DNA of 64,000 nt from an uncultured Muribaculaceae bacterium. Its GTDB lineage: Bacteria > Bacteroidota > Bacteroidia > Bacteroidales > Muribaculaceae. The notes under the pieces were generated by a model, which worked only from the letters and a program-made list of their open reading frames with translations, was not told the DNA's origin and did not search any database. Location: assembly GCA_910578095.1 (NCBI GenBank), contig CAJTOZ010000012.1, positions 4,269 to 68,268 of the forward strand. Direction: 5' to 3'. This document shows positions 32,657-42,458 of the stretch, piece after piece. The first letter of the stretch is position 1; each line of letters starts with the position of its first letter. Position numbers and translations under genes: made by a program.

Positions 32657-34860
32657 TTCTTTTTCAATTGAAGTACGCGGCTGCTGTAGTCACTTTTCTT
32701 GCTCCATTCCACATTGTGCTGCTCAGGCATCTCCAGGCCGTTGGCCATAAGATAGCGGCCGGTGAAGGCCTTGCCCTCGAAGGGCAGCGGCTCCACATCT
32801 ATACGGTTGAGCTCATGCACCGTATATGTGGCGTCCGGGTCGAGACCTGCCATGGGCACACGCGGAAGTTGCGGATTCACATCATTGTTGAGACGCCACC
32901 AATAGTACACGGCTTCGTCCTTGGCCGGATTCACATACATCAGCGATGCCGCCCCTTTACCATCGTAGGGTGAGAGCAGGCGGTAGAGATCGCCCTGCTG
33001 CACCGTGGGGCGCACCTGTTTGTACTCGGCTATGGCCTTGCGGCACTGTTCTATTTCATCGGCGGTCATATTCTTGGGCTGTATCTCCATGCCGAGGCGG
33101 CCGCTCATGGCCACATCCGTGCGGAATTTCAGCGGGATGATACGCTGTGTCTGGTGGTTGGGCGATGCGCTGATGTGCGAGGCCATGGCCACAGCGGGGA
33201 AGAAGTGGCTCGTGCCCCATTGCATATAAACGCGCTGCACGGCATCTGTATTGTCGCTCACCCAGAATTCATCAAACCAAGGCAACACGCCCCAGTTGGC
33301 ACGGCCGCCACCGCTGGCGCAGGCCTGGATGGTCACATCGGGATATTTCGCGCGTATGCGGTCGAGCGTTTTGGCCAATCCGCGGTGGAAGTCTATGAGC
33401 AGATGCGACTGGTTGTCGGCCGACAGATACTGCGAGCCGTGGTTCATCACGGGAGCATTCGAATCCCACTTTATATAATCTATCTCAGGATACTTTGTCA
33501 GCAGGGTGTCCACCACCTCAAACACGAGGTCCTGCACTTTCGGGTTCGACATATCCAGCACCAGCTGTGTGCCGCCACGTCCCTGCACGGGTTCGCGGTT
33601 GGTAGGCTTGATCACATATTCGGGATGCGCCTCATAGAGTTCGCTGAGGCTATTGGTCATCTCAGGCTCTATCCAGATGCCGAAACGTATACCGTTTTTC
33701 TTGGCAGTGGCGCACAGGCCGGCTATGCCCGAGGGCAGTTTGCGGGTATCCACCACCCAGTCGCCCAACGATGTCGAGTCGTTGTTGCGGGGATATTTGG
33801 AGCCGAACCAGCCATCGTCCATCACAAAAAGCTCGCCGCCCATACCGGCGATATCGGCCATCATCTGGCCCATACCCTCCTCGTTGATGTCGAAGTACAC
33901 GCCTTCCCACGAGTTAAGGAGTATCTTGCGCAGCTCCGTGCCGTGGGCCAGACGATGCTCGCGGCCCCATTTATGGAAATTGCGGCTCACCCCACCCTTG
34001 CCCTCGGCACTGTAGGTCAGCGCCAGAGGAGGAGTGGCGAAGCGCTCGCCTTTCTTCAGATTGTAGGTGGAGTTGTCCTCATTGATACCGGCGAAAAACT
34101 CATGATAATCATTGTCGCCGGTGTCGATGCGCAGGCGGTAGTTGCCGCTGTAGCACAGCGCGGCGCCTATCGTACGTCCGGCCTGCTCCTGAGGTTTGCC
34201 GTCGAGGCTGAACATCACCTCGGCGTGGGCCGTGTGGCTGTTGCGGCCGCCGTCCTTATTCTTGATCACAGTCATGCCATGCTGCACGGGGCGCTCCTCC
34301 ACGCGGCCCTCGTTGGCCCATGTGCCGTAGAGCGATGTCAGGTACACATCGTTGCGGCGCACCGGCAGATAGCCGGAGGCAAACTCGCGCAACTGCACCG
34401 TGCCTTTGCCGCGGTTCACAGCCTCGGCCCATGTCTCTATCACATCCGCTCCGGGGTAAGTGCGGTAATTGATGTCGATACCGAAGGGATAGTGCTTGTC
34501 GGCCATGCTTACGGTGACCACGCGGGCACCATCGGGCTGCGTGCTTTCGCTCACACCCGTGACGCCCATGTCAAGCGTCATATTGCCATCGGGATGCGTC
34601 ACGCTCATCGCCGTCTCCCGGTGTGATGTCATGCCGTACACGGGATAGGCGTCCATGGCAGGAGCGCCGGCCGAGGAAAGAGCATCGGCGTCGGCATCGG
34701 TGAGGCGGTCGCCATAATACATAAATTTCAGAGGATTGCCTTGTGTGGCTTCAAGTACCAGAGATGTCGAAGGTGTCGACACATGCAGGGTCTCCGCCTG
34801 CGCGGCCATAGGTATGGAAGCCGCCAAAAGCAGAACCAACTTGCTATAGGAAAGGGTCAT
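32653..34860 (-). CDS. GH36 alpha-galactosidase
   Basis: LLNSWEGVYF, FVMDDGWFG, FGIWIEPEM, YIKWD (nucleophile), CASGGGR, WVSDNTD. Confidence 0.93.
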   Translation of the reverse strand: MTLSYSKLVLLLAASIPMAAQAETLHVSTPSTSLVLEATQGNPLKFMYYGDRLTDADADALSSAGAPAMDAYPVYGMTSHRETAMSVTHPDGNMTLDMGVTGVSESTQPDGARVVTVSMADKHYPFGIDINYRTYPGADVIETWAEAVNRGKGTVQLREFASGYLPVRRNDVYLTSLYGTWANEGRVEERPVQHGMTVIKNKDGGRNSHTAHAEVMFSLDGKPQEQAGRTIGAALCYSGNYRLRIDTGDNDYHEFFAGINEDNSTYNLKKGERFATPPLALTYSAEGKGGVSRNFHKWGREHRLAHGTELRKILLNSWEGVYFDINEEGMGQMMADIAGMGGELFVMDDGWFGSKYPRNNDSTSLGDWVVDTRKLPSGIAGLCATAKKNGIRFGIWIEPEMTNSLSELYEAHPEYVIKPTNREPVQGRGGTQLVLDMSNPKVQDLVFEVVDTLLTKYPEIDYIKWDSNAPVMNHGSQYLSADNQSHLLIDFHRGLAKTLDRIRAKYPDVTIQACASGGGRANWGVLPWFDEFWVSDNTDAVQRVYMQWGTSHFFPAVAMASHISASPNHQTQRIIPLKFRTDVAMSGRLGMEIQPKNMTADEIEQCRKAIAEYKQVRPTVQQGDLYRLLSPYDGKGAASLMYVNPAKDEAVYYWWRLNNDVNPQLPRVPMAGLDPDATYTVHELNRIDVEPLPFEGKAFTGRYLMANGLEMPEQHNVEWSKKSDYSSRVLQLKKK

Positions 34861-34974
34861 ACGTGTGATATGGTTTTAGAAAAGTTACTATACGCATTAC
34901 GAATTCGCGCCATGCAAAAGCCCGCGCGGGAGCACATGGACTGGCCCTCCAGCACAGACGCCCGCATGCTTATG

Positions 34975-35083
34975 CAAATATAAGTTTTAAGCCAAACATA
35001 TACAAAAAACACCATTTTTAGTCAATAATCCGATAAAAAAGTATCATAATTTTTGTTTAATTAAAAATTTAAACATACCTTTG
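34975..35083. promoter_or_regulatory. Divergent sigma-A promoters for the GH36 operon (-) and the AraC gene (+)
   Basis: Minus strand: TTTG(35003-35006)-N20-TATATTTG(34975-34982); plus strand: TTTG(35052-35055)-N20-TACCTTTG(35076-35083). Confidence 0.75.
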
Positions 35084-35157
35084 CCCACGTAACACATCTA
35101 ATACCTTTTCAGAAACCATATCCTTAGACTGAACCTCTACCAGAAGCACTTCACATC

Positions 35158-36033
35158 ATGAGCCACACAATCACAGAAATAACACCACTAAGCGACAGCG
35201 ACTGTTTTTATCTCGTCGACCGCCACAAAACCACTTTCGACTACCCCATACACCGCCATGAGGAATACGAACTCAATTTTGTGACCAACTGCGAAGGCGC
35301 ACGGCGCATCGTAGGCGACAGCATTGAGGAGCTTTCCACCTACGACCTCGTGCTCGTAGGGCCTGAGATAGAACACGGATGGGAAGACCACAACCACACC
35401 GGCGGCGACATGCGCGAGATCACCATCCAGTTTGCGCCCGACTTCCTCGACGGGTCGTTCCTGAGCAAAACACAGATGAGCAGCCTGCGCACTCTGCTGA
35501 ACAACTCCAAGACGGGCATCGCATTCCATCTGCCCGCCATCATGAAGATCTACGACCGGCTCGACGACCTCACTCAGGCCCAACCCGGATTCATTCGCAT
35601 GCTGCGGCTGCTCGAAGTGCTCTACCACCTCTCTATCACAAAAGACTACCACCGCCTGTCGTCCACAGCCTTCTCCAACGCCCACACACCCAGCGACTCC
35701 AGGCGCATACTCAAAGTGCAGGAGACCATCAACCGCGACTACGCCAAACCCATCTATCTCAACGACATGGCCGCGCTCGCAGGCATGACACCCACAGCTT
35801 TCAGCCGCTTCTTCAAGCTGCGCACCGGGCGCACACTCTCCGAGTATATCATCGATGTGCGCATCGGGCACGCCGCACGCACCCTCGTCGACACATCCAA
35901 GACCATTGCCGAAGTGTGCTACGAATGCGGTTTCAACAACATATCCAATTTCAACCGCATTTTCAAGCGCAAGAAAGGATGCTCGCCCAAGACATTCCGC
36001 GAAAGCTACACCAAAACAAAACTCATCGTGTAA
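35158..36033 (+). CDS. AraC-family transcriptional regulator (cupin + HTH), likely mannan PUL regulator
   Basis: EITPLS..DCF, HRHEEYELNF, C-terminal FSRFFK / CGFNNISNFNRIFK; divergent from the PUL. Confidence 0.9.
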   Translation: MSHTITEITPLSDSDCFYLVDRHKTTFDYPIHRHEEYELNFVTNCEGARRIVGDSIEELSTYDLVLVGPEIEHGWEDHNHTGGDMREITIQFAPDFLDGSFLSKTQMSSLRTLLNNSKTGIAFHLPAIMKIYDRLDDLTQAQPGFIRMLRLLEVLYHLSITKDYHRLSSTAFSNAHTPSDSRRILKVQETINRDYAKPIYLNDMAALAGMTPTAFSRFFKLRTGRTLSEYIIDVRIGHAARTLVDTSKTIAEVCYECGFNNISNFNRIFKRKKGCSPKTFRESYTKTKLIV

Positions 36034-36107
36034 CACACCATTTTATTTGCATAAATGCGGCGCAATACTTAACTTTGCGCCGCATTTTCACTTCAAATTA
36101 CCAAACC

Positions 36108-36914
36108 ATGAACAAAAACCTTATAAAGTCGGCCGTCGCAGCCCTCATGCTTGCTATTGCCACCCCCTCTTTCGCCCAGCTCAACCTCAACAAAGCCAAG
36201 CTCATAAAGTCCGGAGCGAAAGCCGTGCAGGCACTCACCATCACCGACGAACAGATGGCAGCCTACGTAAAAGAATACATCGACTGGATGGACGAGCACA
36301 ACCCCGTCACTCCTGCCGACAACGAATACACCAAGCGCCTCACACGCCTCACCGAAGGCCTCACCTCCGTGGAGGGCATTCCCCTCAACTTCAAGGTCTA
36401 CGACGTCATCGATGTCAACGCTTTCGCATGCCCCGACGGCAGCGTGCGCGTATTCTCCTCGCTCATGGACATCATGAGCGATGAAGAGCTTCTCGGTGTC
36501 ATCGGCCATGAAATAGGCCACGTGGCCCACAAGGACTCCAAAAAGGCATTCAAGCAGTCGCTCCTCACCTCCGCGCTCAAGGATGCCGTAGGCTCCACAG
36601 GCAATGTGGCCGCCGCGCTCACCGATTCGCAGCTCGGAAGCCTCGGCGAGGCACTCGCATCCTCCACCTACTCGCAGAAGCAGGAAAAAGCCGCCGACGA
36701 CTACGGCTACGAATTCCTCAAAGACCACGGACGCAACCCCTGGGCAATGGCCCTCAGCTTCAAGCGCCTCAAAGCCATGCAGGACGAAGCCGGCGCCAAA
36801 AAGACAAGCAAAGTCAACCAGCTGTTCTCATCCCACCCCGACCTCGACCTCCGCATAAAGCGCATGGAAGAGCGCGCGACAAAAGAGGGATTTGAAAACC
36901 CCGAAAACAAATAA
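36108..36914 (+). CDS. M48-family metallopeptidase (LoiP/YggG-like), signal peptide
   Basis: VNAFACPDGSVRV, HEIGH zinc motif, QEKAAD, FSSHP; own promoter TTTG-N20-TAACTTTG (36046-36077). Confidence 0.88.
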   Translation: MNKNLIKSAVAALMLAIATPSFAQLNLNKAKLIKSGAKAVQALTITDEQMAAYVKEYIDWMDEHNPVTPADNEYTKRLTRLTEGLTSVEGIPLNFKVYDVIDVNAFACPDGSVRVFSSLMDIMSDEELLGVIGHEIGHVAHKDSKKAFKQSLLTSALKDAVGSTGNVAAALTDSQLGSLGEALASSTYSQKQEKAADDYGYEFLKDHGRNPWAMALSFKRLKAMQDEAGAKKTSKVNQLFSSHPDLDLRIKRMEERATKEGFENPENK

Positions 36915-37029
36915 CATCACTATACGGTAAAATAGTATCATGAAAGCGGAGCCCCCACAGGCCCCGCTTTTTTGGCATTCTCAGTATTTAATAGTATCTT
37001 TGCCAAAAAGATATACACATATAACAGCC

Positions 37030-38061
37030 ATGAAAGTAGAAACCACCCATAACGGAGACATCACTCTCTACACCCTCACCAACGCCACAGGCGCATCCGT
37101 GACACTCTCATCCCTCGGAGCCGCGATAGTGGCCGTGCGCGTGCCCGACAAGGACGGCAACCTCGACGACGTGGTACTCGGCTACCGCGACCCCGCCGAC
37201 TACGACAACGACGGACCGTGCGCAGGAAAAACACCGGGACGATACGCCAACCGCATCGCCCTCGGACGCTTCTCCATAGGAGGAAAAGAATATCAGCTCC
37301 CGATCAACAACGGGCCCAACTGCTGCCACGGTGGCAACGGCTTCCAGAACAAGATATGGAACGGACGCTTCATCGGCGACGGCATACGCTTCGACTACAC
37401 ATCGCCCGACGGCGAGGAAGGATTCCCCGGACGCGTCGATGCAGCGGTGAGCTACCGATGGAACGACCGCAACGAACTCGCCATCGAATTCAGCGCATCC
37501 ACCGACGCAAAAACAGTCATCAACCTCACAAACCACGCCTATTTCAACCTTGAGGGCCACAACTCCGGAAGCGTGCTACAGCACACACTCCGGCTCAACG
37601 CCGACCGCTGGCTACCCACCGACGAAACCCTCATCCCCACAGGCGAGATAGCGCCCGTGGCCGACACCCCCATGGACTTCCGCGAAGCCAAGACCCTCGG
37701 ACGCGACATCCGCGCCGATTTCCCCGCCCTCAAATACGGCAAAGGCTACGACAACTGCTGGGTGCTCAACGACTGGCAGAAACACCGCCTCACCCACGCC
37801 GCCACCCTCACCGCACCACACAGCGGACGAGTGCTGGAAGTAGACACCACGCAGCCTGCCGTACAGATATACACCGGCAACTGGTTCACCGGCTCATCGC
37901 CTGTCAACAAAGACGGACGCGCATACGACGACAACGACGGTGTGGCCATCGAATGCCAGGGCATGCCCGACGCTCCCAATCAGCCCGCTTTCCCCTCTCA
38001 GATACTCGGCCCCGGCGAGCTCTACACACAGTTCATAATCTTCCGGTTCAAAACCATCTGA
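37030..38061 (+). CDS. galM: Aldose 1-epimerase (mutarotase)
   Basis: GRYANRI, HGG, NLTNHAYFNL, GYDNCW, AIECQ; promoter TTTG-N20-TATCTTTG (36971-37002). Confidence 0.92.
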   Translation: MKVETTHNGDITLYTLTNATGASVTLSSLGAAIVAVRVPDKDGNLDDVVLGYRDPADYDNDGPCAGKTPGRYANRIALGRFSIGGKEYQLPINNGPNCCHGGNGFQNKIWNGRFIGDGIRFDYTSPDGEEGFPGRVDAAVSYRWNDRNELAIEFSASTDAKTVINLTNHAYFNLEGHNSGSVLQHTLRLNADRWLPTDETLIPTGEIAPVADTPMDFREAKTLGRDIRADFPALKYGKGYDNCWVLNDWQKHRLTHAATLTAPHSGRVLEVDTTQPAVQIYTGNWFTGSSPVNKDGRAYDDNDGVAIECQGMPDAPNQPAFPSQILGPGELYTQFIIFRFKTI

Positions 38062-38978
38062 TGCCCGACTTCAAGGTCCACATCCTCGGATGCGGCTCGG
38101 CCACACCCACCGCACGCCACAAACCATCGTGCCAGGTGGTCGACGCACACGGCAAACTGTTCATGATCGACTGCGGCGAAGGCGCACAGCTCGAATTCCG
38201 CCATCAGAGCCTCAAATTCTCAAGGCTCGGCCACATATTCGTGTCCCACATCCACGGCGACCACTTCCTCGGCCTGCCGGGACTGCTCTCCACAATGGCG
38301 CTCCACGGCAAGGAAGGCGACATCACCGTACACATCCACCCCGAAGGCGCCCGGCTGCTGCAGCAGATCATGGCCGTGCTGTGCCGCGAGACACCCTACA
38401 CCCTGCACTACGACATCATAGAGCCGGGCACATCACGCATCCTCTATGAGGACCGCTCCCTCTCCATCGCCACCTTCCCGCTCTACCATCGTGTGCCTTG
38501 CTCCGGATTCATCTTCCGCGAGAAAGCCCCGCGACGTCCGCTTCGCCCCGACATGCTCGAATTCTACAGCGTGCCGGTGGCCGCCAGGCGCGACATTGCC
38601 GAAGGCGCCGACTTCACAGCCCCCGACGGACGAGTGATTCCAAACGCATGGCTCACCCGCGACCCCGCCGAACCGGCATCCTACGCCTACTGCTCCGACA
38701 CCATGCGGCGCCCGGAAGTGGCCCGCGCCGTGGCCGGCGTGCGCACCATCTACCACGAAGCCACCTACGACGACGCCCAGGCCTTCAAGGCCGCACCCAG
38801 AGGCCACTCCACCGCACGCGACGCAGCCACCGCCGCACGCGACGCCGGCGCCCGGCGCCTCGTCATAGGCCACTACTCCAAAAGCATCGCCGACGAAAGC
38901 GTGCTCACCGAGCAAGCCGCCGAGGTGTTCGACGGCGAAATCATAGCCGCCCGGGAAGGGCTCGTGTTCGCACCATGA
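38061..38978 (+). CDS. rnz: Ribonuclease Z
   Basis: ILGCGSATP, IDCGEG, HIHGDH, YCSDT, HEAT, HST, GHYS. Confidence 0.93.
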   Translation: MPDFKVHILGCGSATPTARHKPSCQVVDAHGKLFMIDCGEGAQLEFRHQSLKFSRLGHIFVSHIHGDHFLGLPGLLSTMALHGKEGDITVHIHPEGARLLQQIMAVLCRETPYTLHYDIIEPGTSRILYEDRSLSIATFPLYHRVPCSGFIFREKAPRRPLRPDMLEFYSVPVAARRDIAEGADFTAPDGRVIPNAWLTRDPAEPASYAYCSDTMRRPEVARAVAGVRTIYHEATYDDAQAFKAAPRGHSTARDAATAARDAGARRLVIGHYSKSIADESVLTEQAAEVFDGEIIAAREGLVFAP

Positions 38979-39439
38979 CAGCCGAGCCCACACCCGCCGA
39001 CATACGCGGCATGCGCCTCGCTCTCGCCGAGGCGCGCCGTGCGGCTGCATTGGGAGAAGTACCCATTGGGGCAGTGGTCCTCAGCCCTTCCGGAACAGTG
39101 CTCGGGCGCGGACATAACCTCACGGAGACACTTTCCGACGTCACCGCCCACGCCGAGATACAGGCCATCACGGCAGCAGCAGCCACCCTCGGAGGCAAAT
39201 ACCTGCCCGACTGCACCCTGTGCGTCACCGTCGAGCCATGCCTCATGTGCGCCGGAGCCATCGGATGGAGCCACATATCGCGCATTGTCTTCGGCACACC
39301 CGACCCCAAAGGTGGCTACTCCGCCAACACCATCCGCACGCCATTCCATCCGCGCGCCACAATAGTGGCCGGGGTACTCGCCGACGAATGCCGCGAGCTC
39401 ATGCAATCATTCTTCCGCTCGCGACGCAAAACATCATAA
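38975..39439 (+). CDS. tadA: tRNA adenosine deaminase
   Basis: EVPIGAV, HAE, TVEPCLMC, FF..RR. Confidence 0.9.
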   Translation: MTAEPTPADIRGMRLALAEARRAAALGEVPIGAVVLSPSGTVLGRGHNLTETLSDVTAHAEIQAITAAAATLGGKYLPDCTLCVTVEPCLMCAGAIGWSHISRIVFGTPDPKGGYSANTIRTPFHPRATIVAGVLADECRELMQSFFRSRRKTS

Positions 39440-39467
39440 CGCCGACACTCTCAAAGAAACCACCACC

Positions 39468-40607
39468 GTGCACTACTTCCTCATAGCCGGCGAAGCCTCC
39501 GGCGACCTACACGCCGCACAACTCATCCAAGCCCTGCGGCACATCGACCACGATGCCCGCTTCACCTTTCTGGGTGGCGACCTGATGGCAGCAGCCGCCG
39601 GCACGCCTCCCCTCATCCACTACCGCGACATGGCATTCATGGGCTTCAGCGAAGTGCTGCGCCACCTCCCGCAGGTGCTCGGCAACCTGCGCACAGCCCG
39701 GCGAGGGCTCCGCCACGCAGCCCCCGATGCATTCATACCCGTCGACTATCCGAGTTTCAACCTCAAGGTGGCCAAGACCGCCGCTGCCGCCGGCATACCC
39801 GTCTACTACTACATCAGCCCGAAGCTATGGGCCTGGAAAGCATGGCGCGTAAAAGCCATACGGCGCACCGTACGGCGCATGCTCGCGATCTTCCCCTTCG
39901 AGCCCGCATGGTATGCCGCGCGCGGCTTCCACGCCGACTATGTAGGCAACCCCTCCGTGGCCGAGATCGATGCCGCACTGGCAGCAGCACCGCCGCGCGA
40001 GGACTTCCTCCGCGAGCACCGTCTCCGCGACAGGCCCATAATAGCCCTGCTTCCAGGCAGCCGCCGAGGCGAAGTGCGCGCCAACCTGCCCGTGATGGAA
40101 CAGGCCGCCCACCGATTCGCCCAATACCGGCCCGTAGTGGCCGCCGCACCGGGCCTCGACGACGCCTTCTACGCCTCACTCACATCCCTCCCTATTGTGC
40201 GCGGCGCCACCTACCCCCTCCTGCGCCACGCCAGAGCCGCTCTCGTCACCAGCGGCACAGCCACCCTCGAGGCAGCCCTCGCCGCCACGCCACAGGTGGT
40301 GTGCTACCGCTCCAACGGCTCCAAGCTCTCCTACGACATCATGCGCCGCATCCTCAATGTCGACCACGTGGCGCTACCCAACATAATAGCCGGACACACC
40401 ATCATCCCCGAAATGCTCCTACACGAATGCACTCCCGAGCTTGTGGCCCACCGGCTCGCCCCTCTGTTGCGTGAAGGCTCCCCCGAGCGCACAGCCCAGC
40501 TCGACGGCTACGCAGCCATGCGCGCCACCCTCGGCACCACCGATGCCGCCGCCACCGCCGCACGCATCATCACCGACGATCTCGCAGCCTCCGCTCCTGG
40601 AGCATAA
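39468..40607 (+). CDS. lpxB: Lipid-A-disaccharide synthase
   Basis: IAGEASGDLH, DYPSFN, YYISPKLWAW, LLPGSR, SGTATLE; GTG start. Confidence 0.93.
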   Translation: MHYFLIAGEASGDLHAAQLIQALRHIDHDARFTFLGGDLMAAAAGTPPLIHYRDMAFMGFSEVLRHLPQVLGNLRTARRGLRHAAPDAFIPVDYPSFNLKVAKTAAAAGIPVYYYISPKLWAWKAWRVKAIRRTVRRMLAIFPFEPAWYAARGFHADYVGNPSVAEIDAALAAAPPREDFLREHRLRDRPIIALLPGSRRGEVRANLPVMEQAAHRFAQYRPVVAAAPGLDDAFYASLTSLPIVRGATYPLLRHARAALVTSGTATLEAALAATPQVVCYRSNGSKLSYDIMRRILNVDHVALPNIIAGHTIIPEMLLHECTPELVAHRLAPLLREGSPERTAQLDGYAAMRATLGTTDAAATAARIITDDLAASAPGA

Positions 40608-40624
40608 CCCCGCCACACACCCAC

Positions 40625-40669
40625 AATAAAAGCCGCGGCGCATCTCAAACTGCACCGCGGCCTTTATTT
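40625..40669. terminator. Bidirectional terminator between convergent lpxB and the T9SS-type gene
   Basis: AATAAAAGCCGCGG...CCGCGGCCTTTTATT. Confidence 0.7.
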
Positions 40670-40695
40670 ATCTTTATTTATAATGTTATATGCTG

Positions 40696-42279
40696 TTATT
40701 TCACATATATCTTAGTGGTGACAGCACCCTGGCGCTTGATGTAAATGCCGGGGGTGAGGTTATCGCCATTGACACGCATACCGTTGATGTTGTAGTACTC
40801 TACAGGAGCATTTTCATCGCTGACGGCCACATCCTCGATGCCGGTAGAAGTTCTCTTTGCAAGAACAAGGTTGTTACCCTCGCCGGCTTCAAGCTTCAAG
40901 CCGGTATTGGTGAGACTGAATTTTGTGGCATCAGCAGTACCGGTCACAATGGATTTTCCAAGCTCCGTGCCTTCAGGAAGAGTAACCATTATAGGTGTCT
41001 CGTTAGTAAGATCTTTTGCTACAATGGTGCCGGGATTGAAAGTTACATTCACCGACAGATTGTTATCGCCTTCAAGCGTCAGTTTGCCTTTTAAGTCTAT
41101 ATTGGGAACCTCAGTTTCGCAATCCTCCATCGTAACATTTATGAGCGAAAGCGTGCGGTTGGTGTCCTTCACATTGAAAAGTCCCTTGGTGGTCTTGCTG
41201 TTGACAATCTTCACATTGGTAAGGGTAAATGTTCCGGTGCCTGCTTCAAACTCATAGTTATTGTTCGACATATTATTGCAATCCAGCACGAGGTTTTCCA
41301 ACTTGAAACTCTTGTCAAGACCAATAAATACTTTATTGACAAAATTACGGATGAGCCTTATCTCTGGAGTTTTCCCCTTGAGCTTTAGATTGTTAACTTT
41401 GTTAATAAATCGATCTCCAAAGGTCACATCTTCAAGAAGAATCAGTACGTCTGCCTCTGCTGCTGCTGCGACGGCTTCATCAAACGAAGTATAGAATGTG
41501 TTCTGCGTTTCGTTTTGAACCACATAGTTATTGTACACAACAACTATATTGCCATCCTTAGCTTCAAGGCTATATCCGGTTGGAGCATCCACAAGAGAAA
41601 AAACGTCCACTGCCGTGCCGCCACTGACAACAACTCGGCCCGCTGCAAAATTGCCATTGAGATTCAATGCTATATTTCCCGAAAGGTTTTCGCCACCGAC
41701 AAGTGCGGTAACACCCTCAAAGAATACTGAGTAGTCAGATGCACCGGCAACAGTAACATTGCTATTGTCTCTTGTGACAAAAATTACGCCAGAGGTCACC
41801 GTGCAGTTTTCGGCAATTACGCCATTCAGCGTTACGGGTATTTTCTGTGCCCATATCACACGTTCGGCTATGTGATTCACCAACTTACAATCGGTGAATG
41901 AGACACTTTTTGCTGCATTTGTTATTTCAATCGGCTTGTTGCCAACATTCGCTACATTATTACCGTCAATTGTGAGATTTTCAAAATTTACGGTAGCATT
42001 ACCTCTAATCAGAAACAAGCTGCTCGTGAACTTTTCTCCACGCACAAATTTAGCATCTGTGCCTGCTCCTTTCACATTGTAGACCTTTTCTGCTTCAAAA
42101 TTGATACGACTGTCTACAATAACTTCACCTGAGATTTCAATCACATCGCCATCCTGAGCGGCGGCCACCGCATCGGACATTTTGCTGTAGGTTGTCTCGC
42201 CAATAGCGATGCTCTGAGCCATGGCGCTACCGGCAGTGAGCAGCGCTGCGGCTGCTACGGAAAGTAAATGTTTCAACAT
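40696..42279 (-). CDS. Secreted T9SS-type protein with two internal beta-helix-like repeats
   Basis: Signal peptide; duplicated motif Y....AVAAA...DV (YSKMSDAVAAAQDGDV / YTSFDEAVAAAAEADV); tail TGIEDV...PVEYYNINGMRV...PGIYIKRQG...KIYVK. Confidence 0.75.
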   Translation of the reverse strand: MLKHLLSVAAAALLTAGSAMAQSIAIGETTYSKMSDAVAAAQDGDVIEISGEVIVDSRINFEAEKVYNVKGAGTDAKFVRGEKFTSSLFLIRGNATVNFENLTIDGNNVANVGNKPIEITNAAKSVSFTDCKLVNHIAERVIWAQKIPVTLNGVIAENCTVTSGVIFVTRDNSNVTVAGASDYSVFFEGVTALVGGENLSGNIALNLNGNFAAGRVVVSGGTAVDVFSLVDAPTGYSLEAKDGNIVVVYNNYVVQNETQNTFYTSFDEAVAAAAEADVLILLEDVTFGDRFINKVNNLKLKGKTPEIRLIRNFVNKVFIGLDKSFKLENLVLDCNNMSNNNYEFEAGTGTFTLTNVKIVNSKTTKGLFNVKDTNRTLSLINVTMEDCETEVPNIDLKGKLTLEGDNNLSVNVTFNPGTIVAKDLTNETPIMVTLPEGTELGKSIVTGTADATKFSLTNTGLKLEAGEGNNLVLAKRTSTGIEDVAVSDENAPVEYYNINGMRVNGDNLTPGIYIKRQGAVTTKIYVK

Positions 42280-42315
42280 AGTATTATTTTTGGTATTATT
42301 AGTTTTACAGCATAT

Positions 42316-42347
42316 AATTCGCGTGATACCACACGATTACCTAATCG
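42316..42347 (-). promoter_or_regulatory. Bipartite motif copy 1 (candidate ECF promoter)
   Basis: Plus strand AATTCGCG-N14-TACCTAATCG, 37 bp upstream of ATG 42279. Confidence 0.65.
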
Positions 42348-42458
42348 CCACCGCATTTTTTTGAAAGATATTTTAAATGATTATTTTTAAGGTCCGCACA
42401 AAAAATCGCCGCAAGCCATGTGGCCCGCGGCGATTCCGATATTTATGTGATGGATGGA

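Noticed and set aside
34902..34909. AATTCGCG upstream of GH36, resembling half of the PUL-2 bipartite motif
   Set aside because: The partner TACYTAAT is absent at 14 bp, and this gene has a full sigma-A promoter.
35379..36107. Long N-terminal extensions in the ORF track for the M48 peptidase, and also for rnz, tadA, galM and the integrase
   Set aside because: They overlap upstream genes or promoters. Signal peptides, family N-termini and promoter positions support the shorter starts.
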